Source of the DNA: an uncultured Armatimonadetes bacterium
GTDB lineage: Bacteria; Armatimonadota; UBA5829; DTJY01
Assembly (NCBI GenBank): GCA_963717145.1
Contig: OY970325.1
Span: 3,776,001 to 3,840,000 of the forward strand
DNA: 64,000 nt
Direction of reading: 5' to 3'
Below the pieces are notes generated by a model. It saw nothing but the letters and a program-made list of their open reading frames with translations, had not been told where the DNA came from and did no database searches. The translations under genes and the position numbers were made by a program. Positions 52,206 through 61,850 of this stretch are shown here, piece after piece (the first letter of the stretch is position 1; each line of letters starts with the position of its first letter).

Positions 52206-54608
52206 ATGAATCGGCGTGTGCTTCTCTGGGCAGTACTCGTTCTTGCGTTCTCGGCAGTCTCCATGGCCGCCAACGCTCCGTCCGTTACGATCCGCTGGGA
52301 CACCATCGGCATCGCGCGCGAGGGCAGCCAGGCGGTCCCACAAGTATACACGCTTGGAACGCCCCTCAGTTTCCCGATGGAGATCGGCGTCGATGAATCC
52401 GGCCGGCTCTATATCTACGATGAGTTGCGTCAATGCATCAGCAGGTTCGCACCCACCGGCGAACTCGACAAGTCCTGGCTGGAGGACACCGGGCCGGGGC
52501 GGCTGGACGGCTTCCACGAGCTATCCATCCTGTCTGATGAGAGAGTGCTCATGTGCTCGGGTTTCTGGCCCGGGTACATGCTCAAGTTCGGCCCCGATCC
52601 TGAGAAAGTCGACCGATTGCCCGGCGTGCAGACGGCCAGAGGATTTGCCGCGTGGGACGACGGCTCCTATCTGATATGCGAGTCCATCCAGGACGGCAAG
52701 TCCTACCGCGCGCATGTCTACTCGGCGACGGGCGAGTTGCAGACGAGCTGGGATACGCCAAAGCCCGAGTCGGTCGCAATCGGCCCGGACAACCTGATCT
52801 ACGTTGTCACGAGTATCCAATCGGAGATCCGGGTCTGCGACCGGAAGGGCAAACACACCAAGACGATCGACGTCAAGCCCGCGTTCACCGATCTGGGGGC
52901 GGCCTATACGACTACAGCCAGCATGGCTATCGATCGCAACGGCGACATCTACCTGTCGGATCGCATGTACATCGTGCGGCTGGACAGGAATGGCAGACCG
53001 CTCGCTCGCTGGCAACCCGCATCGACCTCGTCTCGGCCGGTCGGTGCCACAGAGGTGGGCCGGATAGCCGTCCGAAACGGTCTCGTGTATGCGCTGATCA
53101 GCCGGTTCTCCAGCGATACCGAGGTCCAGGCGTACACCGCGGACGGTCAGTGCATCGCACGGTATCAGCCGGCGAAACTACCACTCGACCTACCTGCGAA
53201 GATCGAAATGGGCGCTGATGGCAGCTACATCGTAGGTCAAAACAGCGTCGTATCCGACCGACGCTCACTAGTCTTCGATTCTGCCGACAAGCCGATCCCT
53301 GATGTGGATACGGACAGCTTCCATGGCCTCGCGCCTTGCCCGACAGGCGGCTACTATACCCATGATTATACAGGCATGCTATGGGTCAGCGCCGATCGCA
53401 AGAGTTCCAGAGTGGTGTTCGATTTCAACAAGGATGCGGAACGTATGTATCAGACATGCACGGACGAGGCGACCGGCCGAACCTGGGTTCTGTGCTTCGA
53501 TTTGGAGCTGATCTGCATCGACCCCGATGGACAGGTGGCCAACCGTGTCCAGTTGCCGAAGGACATGGGCATAAAGGCCTACGGCTACATGGCGGTCGAC
53601 CCCGGAGGATTCCTCTACATCTGCAGTACCGAAGACCACCAGATACGCAAGTTCAAGCTGGACGGCACGTACGTCGGCGCGCTCGGGAAGATGGGCGCCG
53701 GAATCGGCGAACTCCGCAGACCTAGAGGGATCGACGTCGATTCTGAGGGGCGACTGTTGGTGTGCGACGCCCGGAACAACCGCATCCAAGTCTTCTCGCG
53801 CGAGGGAGAGCCACTCGGGGTCTGGGGGACGTATGGCAGAGGTGACGGTGAACTCGATCGGCCAAACGACCTGGCGATCGGCCCGAACAAGGTGCTCTTC
53901 ATCGCGGACACGCACAACGATCGGATCGTGAAGGTCCCGCTGGCCGATTTCTGGAAGCAATTGACCAAAGAGATCAAGGCCCCGCCCGCATACGTCGCCG
54001 CCGAGAAGGTCCCGATGCCGATCCCCGGCGAGGTCACCGTCGAGGGGATCGTCGTCGCAGGCACGGACGACTTCACCGATTGCGTCTACATCCAAGCCGC
54101 CGACAGGTCCTGGGGCACTCGGGTCACGATGCCCGCGAACGTTCCGGCAAATCGCGGGGATCGCATCAAGGTCACTGGGACGCTCGAACTGAAGGAGCAC
54201 TCCGCGAGATACCTGCAGGCCTCGAAGTCGGAGTATGTCCTATCGGCCCAGAGCATGCCCGGCCCACTCGGGATGGCGAACCTCTACGTCGGCGACGGCT
54301 ACCGGATGGGCGACAAGCGCTCCGACCTGAGCAACCTCGGCCTACTCGTGAAGTCGTGGGGCAGGGTGCTGATGGTCGATCCGCTGAACAAGCGGTTCGT
54401 GATCTCCGATGGCAGCCGGCTCGGGAACGCGCCCGGCCTCGAGGTCTACGGCGGGCAACTCAAGTCGCCGCTCACCCAGTGGCCGAAGTTCGGGCGGTAC
54501 GTGATGGTGACCGGCATCAGCGCGGTCCGGCCGGCCGGCAACGGCACATTCCAGCCCGCCATCCGCCTCCGCGCCCAGGAAGACCTGCAGGTGCTGGAGA
54601 ATGGTTGA
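52206..54608 (+). CDS. Secreted NHL-repeat beta-propeller protein with conserved C-terminal module
   Basis: Signal peptide; PRGIDVD..GRLLVCDARNNRIQVF, PNDLA...IADTHNDRI and LSNLGLLVKSWG. Confidence 0.8.
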   Translation: MNRRVLLWAVLVLAFSAVSMAANAPSVTIRWDTIGIAREGSQAVPQVYTLGTPLSFPMEIGVDESGRLYIYDELRQCISRFAPTGELDKSWLEDTGPGRLDGFHELSILSDERVLMCSGFWPGYMLKFGPDPEKVDRLPGVQTARGFAAWDDGSYLICESIQDGKSYRAHVYSATGELQTSWDTPKPESVAIGPDNLIYVVTSIQSEIRVCDRKGKHTKTIDVKPAFTDLGAAYTTTASMAIDRNGDIYLSDRMYIVRLDRNGRPLARWQPASTSSRPVGATEVGRIAVRNGLVYALISRFSSDTEVQAYTADGQCIARYQPAKLPLDLPAKIEMGADGSYIVGQNSVVSDRRSLVFDSADKPIPDVDTDSFHGLAPCPTGGYYTHDYTGMLWVSADRKSSRVVFDFNKDAERMYQTCTDEATGRTWVLCFDLELICIDPDGQVANRVQLPKDMGIKAYGYMAVDPGGFLYICSTEDHQIRKFKLDGTYVGALGKMGAGIGELRRPRGIDVDSEGRLLVCDARNNRIQVFSREGEPLGVWGTYGRGDGELDRPNDLAIGPNKVLFIADTHNDRIVKVPLADFWKQLTKEIKAPPAYVAAEKVPMPIPGEVTVEGIVVAGTDDFTDCVYIQAADRSWGTRVTMPANVPANRGDRIKVTGTLELKEHSARYLQASKSEYVLSAQSMPGPLGMANLYVGDGYRMGDKRSDLSNLGLLVKSWGRVLMVDPLNKRFVISDGSRLGNAPGLEVYGGQLKSPLTQWPKFGRYVMVTGISAVRPAGNGTFQPAIRLRAQEDLQVLENG

Positions 54609-54734
54609 TGGTTGACGAGGGAGGGGGCCGGCTCCCATTCCCCCATCAACCATCAGCCATGAACCATTGACCATGCTGTAGACTGGTGATGCCATGCTCC
54701 CATTAACCATAAACCATCGACCATCAACCATTCT
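54600..54734. repeat. Inverted ATGGTTG/AACCAT heptamer arrays overlapping a stop and a start
   Basis: ATGGTTGATGGTTG...CATCAACCATCAGCCATGAACCATTG...CATTAACCATAAACCATCGACCATCAACCATT. Confidence 0.82.
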
Positions 54735-57444
54735 CCCTTTGGTCTCCCTGCTCGCGGTCCTGATGCTCGCGTCCCTCTCCCAGGCGCAGGGCCTCATGCT
54801 CGACAAGTGCCTCGACGACCTGGCGGAGAAGGGGTCGCTCGGCCCGGTGGTCGCGGTCATGCACGCGCCGGTCGCCGGGACCGCCGATCTGTCGTCGCTG
54901 GAGGGACTCGCCAAGACCTTCGGCCTCAAGCTCTTCGAGCAGGACGGCATCCACGTCCTCGGCCCGGCGGAGTGCCTGCATCTGTATGACTTGTCACCAT
55001 ACTTCCCCAAAGAGCCCCTCAAGGAGTCGCTCAGCCCGGAAGACGAACTGATCTCCAGCTTCACCCCCGAGCAACTCAAGGCGATCGGCACGCACGACGG
55101 CCTGCATTTCGCCGACCTGTCGGGTAAGCAGCAGGCCATCCTGCGGCGCATGTTCACCGGCAAGATCACCCTGCTCAAGCGGACCGACGAGCCGCCGAAG
55201 ACAAGCGACCTCATGACGCCCTCGCCGCCGACACTCGGGAGTGAGACGGAGGCTCCTCCACTTCCAAATCGATCGGAGGTCCTGCGCGAATCCCTGCGCA
55301 ATGCCGAGAGGATCGCCGTGAGCAATGTGCCGGTCGATGATCTCACTCTCACCGGTTCGCTGATATACGGCACCGCGATCACTGAGGTCGGCAGTGATGA
55401 CGAGTTCGGCTGCCAGCTCGAGGGACCGGATATTCCCCTCTGGGACACGACAGAGCATAACATCATCGTTCGTTCAGACCGCGAGACGCCGCCGAAGGCA
55501 CCCCCGCCATTCGGTCCGAACATGCTGAAGCCGTCCCATCTCGACTACGAACGCCCCGAACTGCAGAAGCAGACTGAGTTCGCCACCCGGACCAGCCTCG
55601 GCGAAGTGATCGCTCTTGCAGCGACGGAGAGCGGTCTGCCGCTCTCCGTCGGTCCCGGCTCGGAGCAAGTGCTGTTGTACGTGAGAGCGAGCACTGAGTC
55701 CATTGGACAGGTGCTGAAAGCAGTTTCGTTGGCGACCGGGGGCACGTGGCGCGAGATCAGCGATCTGTTCGTCTTCACGCTCGATCTCACGGGCCTGGGG
55801 GCGTTCGGCAAGCGGGCTGCCGATCTGGATGCCCTCTCCCAGACAGCCGGGGAGTACGCCGAGATGTCCTTCGATGCGCCGCTGGCGCGCGAGGCCATGC
55901 TGAACCTTCCGCCGATGCCAGGCGCGAAGTTCTCCCTGACGCCTCAGCAGATCACGGACCTTACCGACTGCTGGATGAGCGATCCAACGCCGGCCGCCTG
56001 CAGGATTTCATGGCAAGCCCTGACCCCGGAACAGCAGGCTCTGCTAGTTGGCGAGTGCCCTGAGATGAAGGATGCGCAGCCCGATCGGCTGCGAGTCGAA
56101 ATGTGGGTTGGCGCGGAGTTCATCATTCATTTCCCAGCCGTTGGGAATGCCGTCGCCGGCTTCTATCCGGCCAGGAGTACCTTCTTGTATGATGCGATGA
56201 CCCCTGAACAGCCTTGGTACTCCTCGGAGTTCGAGCCTCGTGTCTGGCCGAAGGGATCGAAGATTCCAATGCCTGCGGGAACTCGGGGGCTGCTCTACAG
56301 AGTATCGAAGTCCGATACGCCCGCGTCCATCGTAACAGGCATCGAGAGGTATGGTTTCAACACACTGCTTGTCCGTGTCTTCTCCGATGGCTATACCGTC
56401 TGTCCGAGTCAGCAGTTTCCGCAGCTTCCCGGTCTGAAAGCGGACGACTTCCTGCGCAACCTGATCGCCGTCGCCCATGCCCGGGATATCAGGGTAGTTG
56501 GCGTGATAGATGCCCTGCGCTGGTCGGATGGCGACCCGAAACACTGGCTCTACAAGCAGTGGGAACTGACAGATGTGGACATCACCGGCCGTATGAGCAC
56601 GGAATGGATGGCCCAGCGGACGACGGACTTCGAGGAGGGAGCCTTCTACGAGCGCATGGGCCACGGCGATGCCTTCGACGGCGATTTCGTGACCCCATTC
56701 CACCCGTCTGTCCGGCAGAAGCTCTCGGCGCTTGTCGATGAACTCAAGACCTACGATCTTGACGGCATCGCTTTCGACCACACATCAATCGTTCACCAGG
56801 CGTCCTCGTGGGATTCCGACGGATCTGCCAGCGACGGGCAGATCGGGTTCCACGAGCTTGCCCGATCAGCCTTCACAAGAGCCACAGGGGTGGATCCGGT
56901 GGACATCGCCCCACCCGATGCTCTCGGGGAATTACCACCGACGCCGTGCGCTCCGGTTGTGGCCGGTACTGCCTCACAGGCGGCAAAATGGGATGTGTTC
57001 TACCGGGGCGCTTGTGATGCGCTCTTGGACGTGCTGGTCGAGGACTGTCGCAAGTCCGTGCCGGGCCGCCCGATCTGGGTCGTAGACACATACCGGGACA
57101 TCAGATATCTGGAGCCTGTGGCCACGCATGACTGGGGTGAGTTCCAGGGCAGAATCAGCAGGGTGGTCGGCTGCAGCCAGGCCGAGGAGCCTGAGCATAC
57201 AGGCGAAGACATCCAGGGTATCCAACTGGTCCGCATCATCGACGAACTCGACCTGCTATACATCGCCAGCGAGATTGCCCGCATGCAAGAGAGGACCTTC
57301 CCCGGTATGCTCGGAGAGGAAGACCTCGGGTCGCCGCCGGAGACCCCGATCAAGGACATCATCCTCGATTTCCCGTGCAGCGAAAAACGAAGAACCGAGT
57401 TCCTCAAGCTCCTCGAAACCGCCCGCCCCGAGAAAACCCGGTAA
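54694..57444 (+). CDS. Secreted hypothetical protein with C-terminal GH-like (GHL10/DUF187-type) domain
   Basis: Signal peptide; GFNTLLVRVFSDG...PS, LIAVAHARDIRV and P.HP.VRQ...YDLDGIAFD. The N-half has secretin-N-like segments (inference). Confidence 0.6.
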   Translation: MLPLTINHRPSTILPLVSLLAVLMLASLSQAQGLMLDKCLDDLAEKGSLGPVVAVMHAPVAGTADLSSLEGLAKTFGLKLFEQDGIHVLGPAECLHLYDLSPYFPKEPLKESLSPEDELISSFTPEQLKAIGTHDGLHFADLSGKQQAILRRMFTGKITLLKRTDEPPKTSDLMTPSPPTLGSETEAPPLPNRSEVLRESLRNAERIAVSNVPVDDLTLTGSLIYGTAITEVGSDDEFGCQLEGPDIPLWDTTEHNIIVRSDRETPPKAPPPFGPNMLKPSHLDYERPELQKQTEFATRTSLGEVIALAATESGLPLSVGPGSEQVLLYVRASTESIGQVLKAVSLATGGTWREISDLFVFTLDLTGLGAFGKRAADLDALSQTAGEYAEMSFDAPLAREAMLNLPPMPGAKFSLTPQQITDLTDCWMSDPTPAACRISWQALTPEQQALLVGECPEMKDAQPDRLRVEMWVGAEFIIHFPAVGNAVAGFYPARSTFLYDAMTPEQPWYSSEFEPRVWPKGSKIPMPAGTRGLLYRVSKSDTPASIVTGIERYGFNTLLVRVFSDGYTVCPSQQFPQLPGLKADDFLRNLIAVAHARDIRVVGVIDALRWSDGDPKHWLYKQWELTDVDITGRMSTEWMAQRTTDFEEGAFYERMGHGDAFDGDFVTPFHPSVRQKLSALVDELKTYDLDGIAFDHTSIVHQASSWDSDGSASDGQIGFHELARSAFTRATGVDPVDIAPPDALGELPPTPCAPVVAGTASQAAKWDVFYRGACDALLDVLVEDCRKSVPGRPIWVVDTYRDIRYLEPVATHDWGEFQGRISRVVGCSQAEEPEHTGEDIQGIQLVRIIDELDLLYIASEIARMQERTFPGMLGEEDLGSPPETPIKDIILDFPCSEKRRTEFLKLLETARPEKTR

Positions 57445-57507
57445 TTGTACCTGTTTCCCCTGCTGTATCATCTGCCGATAATTTGATTAGGAAGTACATG
57501 ACCAGCG

Positions 57508-57637
57508 ACCGATAAAGGCAAACCCGTCGAAAGGCGGGGACGCAAAGCCAGGATCTAAACCCCGATCCCCGCGTATTGTGCGCGTCCAGCACAATACGGC
57601 GTTCAAAGCTCGGGACATGACGGCCAGGTTGCCGAAG
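57508..57637 (+). ncRNA. c-di-GMP-I (GEMM) riboswitch with extra hairpin
   Basis: AAAGGCAAAC-CCGTC-GAAA-GGCGG-GGACGCAAAGCC.GGATCTAAA...ATGACGGCCAGGTTGCCG. Confidence 0.9.
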
Positions 57638-57733
57638 TCCGCTGCATGGGAAGTCAACGATGACCTCCCGAGTGCAGGCCTTCAGCGCGCCTGGTCTTTT
57701 GTCGTCTCCAGGGAAGGATCGTGGGCTGATATC

Positions 57734-57967
57734 ATGGCCCTCGCGGAAGCGGAACTGGCACAACCGGCACACAACCGGCTCGATCTGACTGTGATCGGCG
57801 GGGATGCGATATTCCTCGTGGATCGGCGCGCCGGCCACAAGTTGTACATGGGCCACGAGACGCGTCTCAGCCCGATGGAACGGCGACGCTTCTTCGCGTC
57901 ACTCCAACACGACATCCGCACCCTCTCCCTCGGCGAGTTCTTCGAGAAGCACGGACTCAAGGGCTAA
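57734..57967 (+). CDS. Small hypothetical protein under the c-di-GMP riboswitch
   Basis: 77-aa ORF downstream of the aptamer and a hairpin + TTTT; start codon uncertain. Confidence 0.6.
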   Translation: MALAEAELAQPAHNRLDLTVIGGDAIFLVDRRAGHKLYMGHETRLSPMERRRFFASLQHDIRTLSLGEFFEKHGLKG

Positions 57968-58115
57968 ATTCGAAATTCGAAGCGCGAAATTCGAAACAAA
58001 TCCGAATGATCGAAATCTCAAGAGGCAAACGGTCTGCTTCCTTGGCAGTTTGGGAGTTTGGCCTTTTCCCCATTTGCTCTGTTGTTTCGAATTTCGAGCT
58101 TCGAATTTCGTGCTT
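57966..58115. repeat. Inverted AAATTCG/CGAATTT heptamer arrays
   Basis: AAATTCGAAATTCGAAGCGCGAAATTCGAAAC...GTTTCGAATTTCGAGCTTCGAATTTCG. Confidence 0.82.
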
Positions 58116-58171
58116 CCCAGGGCTGATCCTTCCCAAGCGACCCCCTCATGGCTTATAATGGTATCAAAGCC

Positions 58172-60373
58172 ATGACAAACATTCTCGACGAACTGAATCC
58201 CGCCCAACGACAGGCGGTCGAGCATACCGAAGGCCCCCTACTCATCTTCGCAGGCGCAGGAAGCGGCAAGACCCGCGCGCTCACACATCGGATCGCCTAC
58301 CTGATCGGCGAGCACGGCGTCCATCCGCGCAACATCCTCGCGGTCACCTTCACGAACAAGGCCGCTCGCGAGATGAAGGAGCGCATTGGGGGACTCATCG
58401 GCGCTGAGGCCCTCAGCGAGATGTGGGTCGGCACGTTCCACGCCATGTCCGCGCGCCTGCTCCGGATCAGCGGCGAGCACATCGGCCTCGACAGCAATTT
58501 CATCATCTACGACGAGAGCGACCAGGCGGCCGTCATCCGCGAGTGCTTCGAAGAGCTGAACATCGACGAGAAGCAGTTTCCGCCGAAGACCATCCTCCAC
58601 AAGATCAGCGCCGCCAAGGAGCAACTCGTCCTGCCCGACGACTACGCGACGGTCTTCGCCCACAAGTACGATCCGATCGTCGCGCGAGTCTATCCGCTCT
58701 ACCAGAAGAGGCTGAATCAGTACAATGCGCTCGACTTCGATGATCTGATCCTCTATGCCGTCCGCCTCCTCGAGTGCCCGGAGGTCCGGGAGCAGTACCA
58801 GCGCAAGTTTCAGTACGTCCTGGTCGATGAGTACCAGGACATCAATCAGTCGCAGTTCCAACTCGTCCGCGTCCTGGCAGACGGTTCGCGCAACATATGC
58901 GTCGTAGGCGACGACGACCAGTCGATCTATTCCTGGCGCGGCGCGGATGTGGAGCTGATTCTCCAGTTCAAGAAGCACTACAAGGACGCCAAGATCGTGA
59001 AGCTCGAGCAAAACTACCGCTCGACCCGCAACATCCTCGACGCCGCATACCACGTGATCTCGCAGAACGAGAACCGCGCCGACAAACAGCTCTGGACCGA
59101 CCGCGATCCCGGCGCGCTCCTGACCCGCATCGAGGCCGTGGACGAGCACGACGAGGCCGCGAAGGTCGTCGCGCGCATGCGTGACAGGGTCCAAAGCGGC
59201 GAGTTCGGCTTCGGCGACTTCGTGGTCCTCTACCGCATGAACGCCCAATCGCGACTCTTTGAAGAGGCCCTGATGAACTACCGGGTGCCGTATCGGATCG
59301 TCGGCGGCGTCCGGTTCTACGAGCGCAAAGAGATCAAGGACCTGATGGCGTACCTGCGCCTGGCCCACAACCCGATGGACAACGTCAGCCTCAAGCGGAT
59401 CATCAACGTCCCGATCCGCTCGATCGGCCCGACGACTCTCGGCCGGGTCGAGACGTTCGCCCGGGAGCACGAAATCCCTCTATTCGAGGCGCTCCGCCGG
59501 GTCGAGGAGATCGAGATACAGCCGAAACCTAAGCGGGCGATCGAGCAGTTCTCCGTGCTGCTCGACTTCCTGCATGAGAAGCGCGAGGAGTATTCGGTCG
59601 GCAAGTTGCTCACGGAGATCGTCGAGAACACCGGATTCCTGGCCGACTTGCAGCGGGCACAGACTCGCGAGGCGGATTCACGGGTGGAGAACGTCAAGGA
59701 GTTCTTCTCCGTCATCGAGGAGTTCGAGAACACGAGCGAGGACTCATCGCTACGGGCGTTCCTGGAGCAGGTCGCGCTCGTGACCGACATCGACAATCTG
59801 GAGGAGGGCGAGGAGGCGGTCACCCTGATGACACTCCACGCGGCAAAGGGCCTCGAGTTCCCGGTGGTCTTCATGGTCGGCCTGGAGGAGGGTCTATTCC
59901 CGCACAGCCGCTCGATCCAGGACCGCGACGGCCTTGAGGAAGAGCGCCGGCTCTGCTACGTCGGGATGACCCGCGCGGAGGACGAGCTGTTCCTCTGCCA
60001 CGCGTACCAGCGGACTCTGTTCGGCATGAGGGAGCGGGCGATGGCCTCCCGATTCCTGCGCGACATCCCGGTCGAGCTGTTTGGGCGCAAGGAGATCGCG
60101 GTGGAGCCGCCGGGCAGACCCGCGATGAAACCGGGCGTCTCACGCGGCGCGTCCCTCTGGAAGGAGTCGCCGGAGCAGGCGATCGGGCCGCAGAAGCCCG
60201 CAAAGTCGCCGTTCAAGGCGGGCGATCGGGTGAAGCACAACGTCTTCGGCCTCGGGATCGTCGTCACTGCGGAGCCCTCGGGCGCGGATACCCAGGTCAC
60301 GGTCGCATTCGAGGAGGTCGGCATCAAGAAGCTGATGCTCTCCTTCGCCCCGCTCGAGAAGGTAGACCTTTAG
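58172..60373 (+). CDS. pcrA: ATP-dependent DNA helicase PcrA/UvrD
   Basis: AGAGSGKT, TFTNKAA, DEYQD, GDDDQSIY.WRGA, LEQNYRST, HAAKGLEF and EEERRLCYV; C-terminal VKHNVFG domain. Confidence 0.95.
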   Translation: MTNILDELNPAQRQAVEHTEGPLLIFAGAGSGKTRALTHRIAYLIGEHGVHPRNILAVTFTNKAAREMKERIGGLIGAEALSEMWVGTFHAMSARLLRISGEHIGLDSNFIIYDESDQAAVIRECFEELNIDEKQFPPKTILHKISAAKEQLVLPDDYATVFAHKYDPIVARVYPLYQKRLNQYNALDFDDLILYAVRLLECPEVREQYQRKFQYVLVDEYQDINQSQFQLVRVLADGSRNICVVGDDDQSIYSWRGADVELILQFKKHYKDAKIVKLEQNYRSTRNILDAAYHVISQNENRADKQLWTDRDPGALLTRIEAVDEHDEAAKVVARMRDRVQSGEFGFGDFVVLYRMNAQSRLFEEALMNYRVPYRIVGGVRFYERKEIKDLMAYLRLAHNPMDNVSLKRIINVPIRSIGPTTLGRVETFAREHEIPLFEALRRVEEIEIQPKPKRAIEQFSVLLDFLHEKREEYSVGKLLTEIVENTGFLADLQRAQTREADSRVENVKEFFSVIEEFENTSEDSSLRAFLEQVALVTDIDNLEEGEEAVTLMTLHAAKGLEFPVVFMVGLEEGLFPHSRSIQDRDGLEEERRLCYVGMTRAEDELFLCHAYQRTLFGMRERAMASRFLRDIPVELFGRKEIAVEPPGRPAMKPGVSRGASLWKESPEQAIGPQKPAKSPFKAGDRVKHNVFGLGIVVTAEPSGADTQVTVAFEEVGIKKLMLSFAPLEKVDL

Positions 60374-60591
60374 AACACAGATTACACAGATGGCGGAGGA
60401 TGGGACGGAAAGGGATTCTTAGCAGGAAACCAGGAATCTAGGAAGCCAGGAAAGGGATTATGGGTTTGGGAATAGGGCCGTAATCCCAACACCCACACCC
60501 TCACCCGTATTCCTCCTGGTTTCCTAGTTTCCTGGCTTCCTGATAAAGAATCATCCGTTCCATCTGCTTTTGATCTGTGTCATCTGTGTTC
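60373..60591. repeat. Nested inverted 9-mer arrays (CACAGAT.., CCAGGAA..)
   Basis: AACACAGATTACACAGAT...CAGGAAACCAGGAATCTAGGAAGCCAGGAA...TTCCTGGCTTCCTG...ATCTGTGTCATCTGTGTT. Confidence 0.8.
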
Positions 60592-60613
60592 CAACGGGTT
60601 TGAGGAGGCTGTC

Positions 60614-61630
60614 ATGGAAAAGCTCGGTTTCGGAGTGATCGGTCTTGGGACGTGGGGCGAACTGCACGCGAGGGTCTACTCGGAGGACGAGCGGATCACC
60701 CTCGCGGGCGTGGCTGATATGAACCACGAGCGCGCGGAATCGATCGGACAGAAGTACGAGTCCGCGCATTTTACCGATTACGACACCCTACTGGCCGATG
60801 TGTCGATCAAGGCGGTCTCCATCGTCACCCCTGACTTCGCCCACGCCGAGATCGCCATCGATGCCGCCGAGTCCGGGAAGCACATACTCGTCGAGAAGCC
60901 GCTCGCCACGACCGTCGACGACTGCCAAAAGATCATCGACGCCGCGAAGGCGTCCGGCGTCAAGCTGATGGTCGATTTCCACAACCGCTGGAGTCCGCCG
61001 TTCTACAAGGCGTGGGAATCGATCCGCAACGGAGAGATCGGCGAGCCGCAGCACGTCTATTACCGGCTGAGCGACCGGATCTTCGTCCCGACCGAGATGC
61101 TCCCCTGGGCGGGGAAGTCGACGGTGGAATGGTTCATCGGCACGCACTCGATCGACACCGTCCGCTGGCTGCTGGGCGAAGAGGTAACGCGGGTCTATGC
61201 CGTCGCACGGTCGCGCGTGCTGAAGTCCATGGGCATCGACACTCCGGATTTCTACCAGATCACGCTCGAATTCGCGTCCGGCACGACCGCCGTGATCGAG
61301 AACTCCTGGATCCTGCCGAACACGATGCCGAACATCATCGACCTCAAGTGCCAGATCGTCGGGAGCAAGGGCATGCTGAACCTCGACACGAGCCACAACC
61401 GCACGGTCGAGAAATACACGCAGACGGTAGCGGAGTACCCCGACTTCCTGGTCCTGCCGACGATCTACGGGGAGCAGAAGGGCTTCGCGGCGGACAGCAT
61501 CCGGCACTTCGTGGACTGCGTGCTCACCGACACCGAGCCCCGAGTCACCGGCGAGGACGGCCTCATCGTCACCCGCGTCATCCAGGCGATCGAGGAGTCG
61601 GTCCGGACGCGATTGCCGGTGGAAGTGTAG
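60614..61630 (+). CDS. Gfo/Idh/MocA family oxidoreductase
   Basis: GVIGLG.WG, TPDFAH, GKHILVEKP and GTHSID. Confidence 0.92.
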   Translation: MEKLGFGVIGLGTWGELHARVYSEDERITLAGVADMNHERAESIGQKYESAHFTDYDTLLADVSIKAVSIVTPDFAHAEIAIDAAESGKHILVEKPLATTVDDCQKIIDAAKASGVKLMVDFHNRWSPPFYKAWESIRNGEIGEPQHVYYRLSDRIFVPTEMLPWAGKSTVEWFIGTHSIDTVRWLLGEEVTRVYAVARSRVLKSMGIDTPDFYQITLEFASGTTAVIENSWILPNTMPNIIDLKCQIVGSKGMLNLDTSHNRTVEKYTQTVAEYPDFLVLPTIYGEQKGFAADSIRHFVDCVLTDTEPRVTGEDGLIVTRVIQAIEESVRTRLPVEV

Positions 61631-61639
61631 AGTCCTGAG

Positions 61640-61850
61640 ATGTCCCCCTTGCGAAGGTGAGCGCTCAATGATGCCCCCTACGAAGGAGAGCGATGATGTC
61701 CCCCTTACGAAGGGGGACCGGCCTCTGGGCCGAGGGGGTTTCCGCGGGCGGACGCACGGAGTCGGAACCGCCAAGACGCCAAGCGGACCCAGGATTGCAG
61801 TCTGCAGTCCAAGGTCTAGAGTCTGAGGTCTAAAGTCTAAGGTCTGCGGT
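61640..61850 (+). repeat. Stacked repeats: CCCCCTTACGAAGGGGG REPs, CGCCAAG 9-mers and GTCTAAG heptamers
   Basis: Three CCCC..CGAAGG units, AACCGCCAAGACGCCAAG, then GTCTAGAGTCTGAGGTCTAAAGTCTAAGGTCT. Confidence 0.8.
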
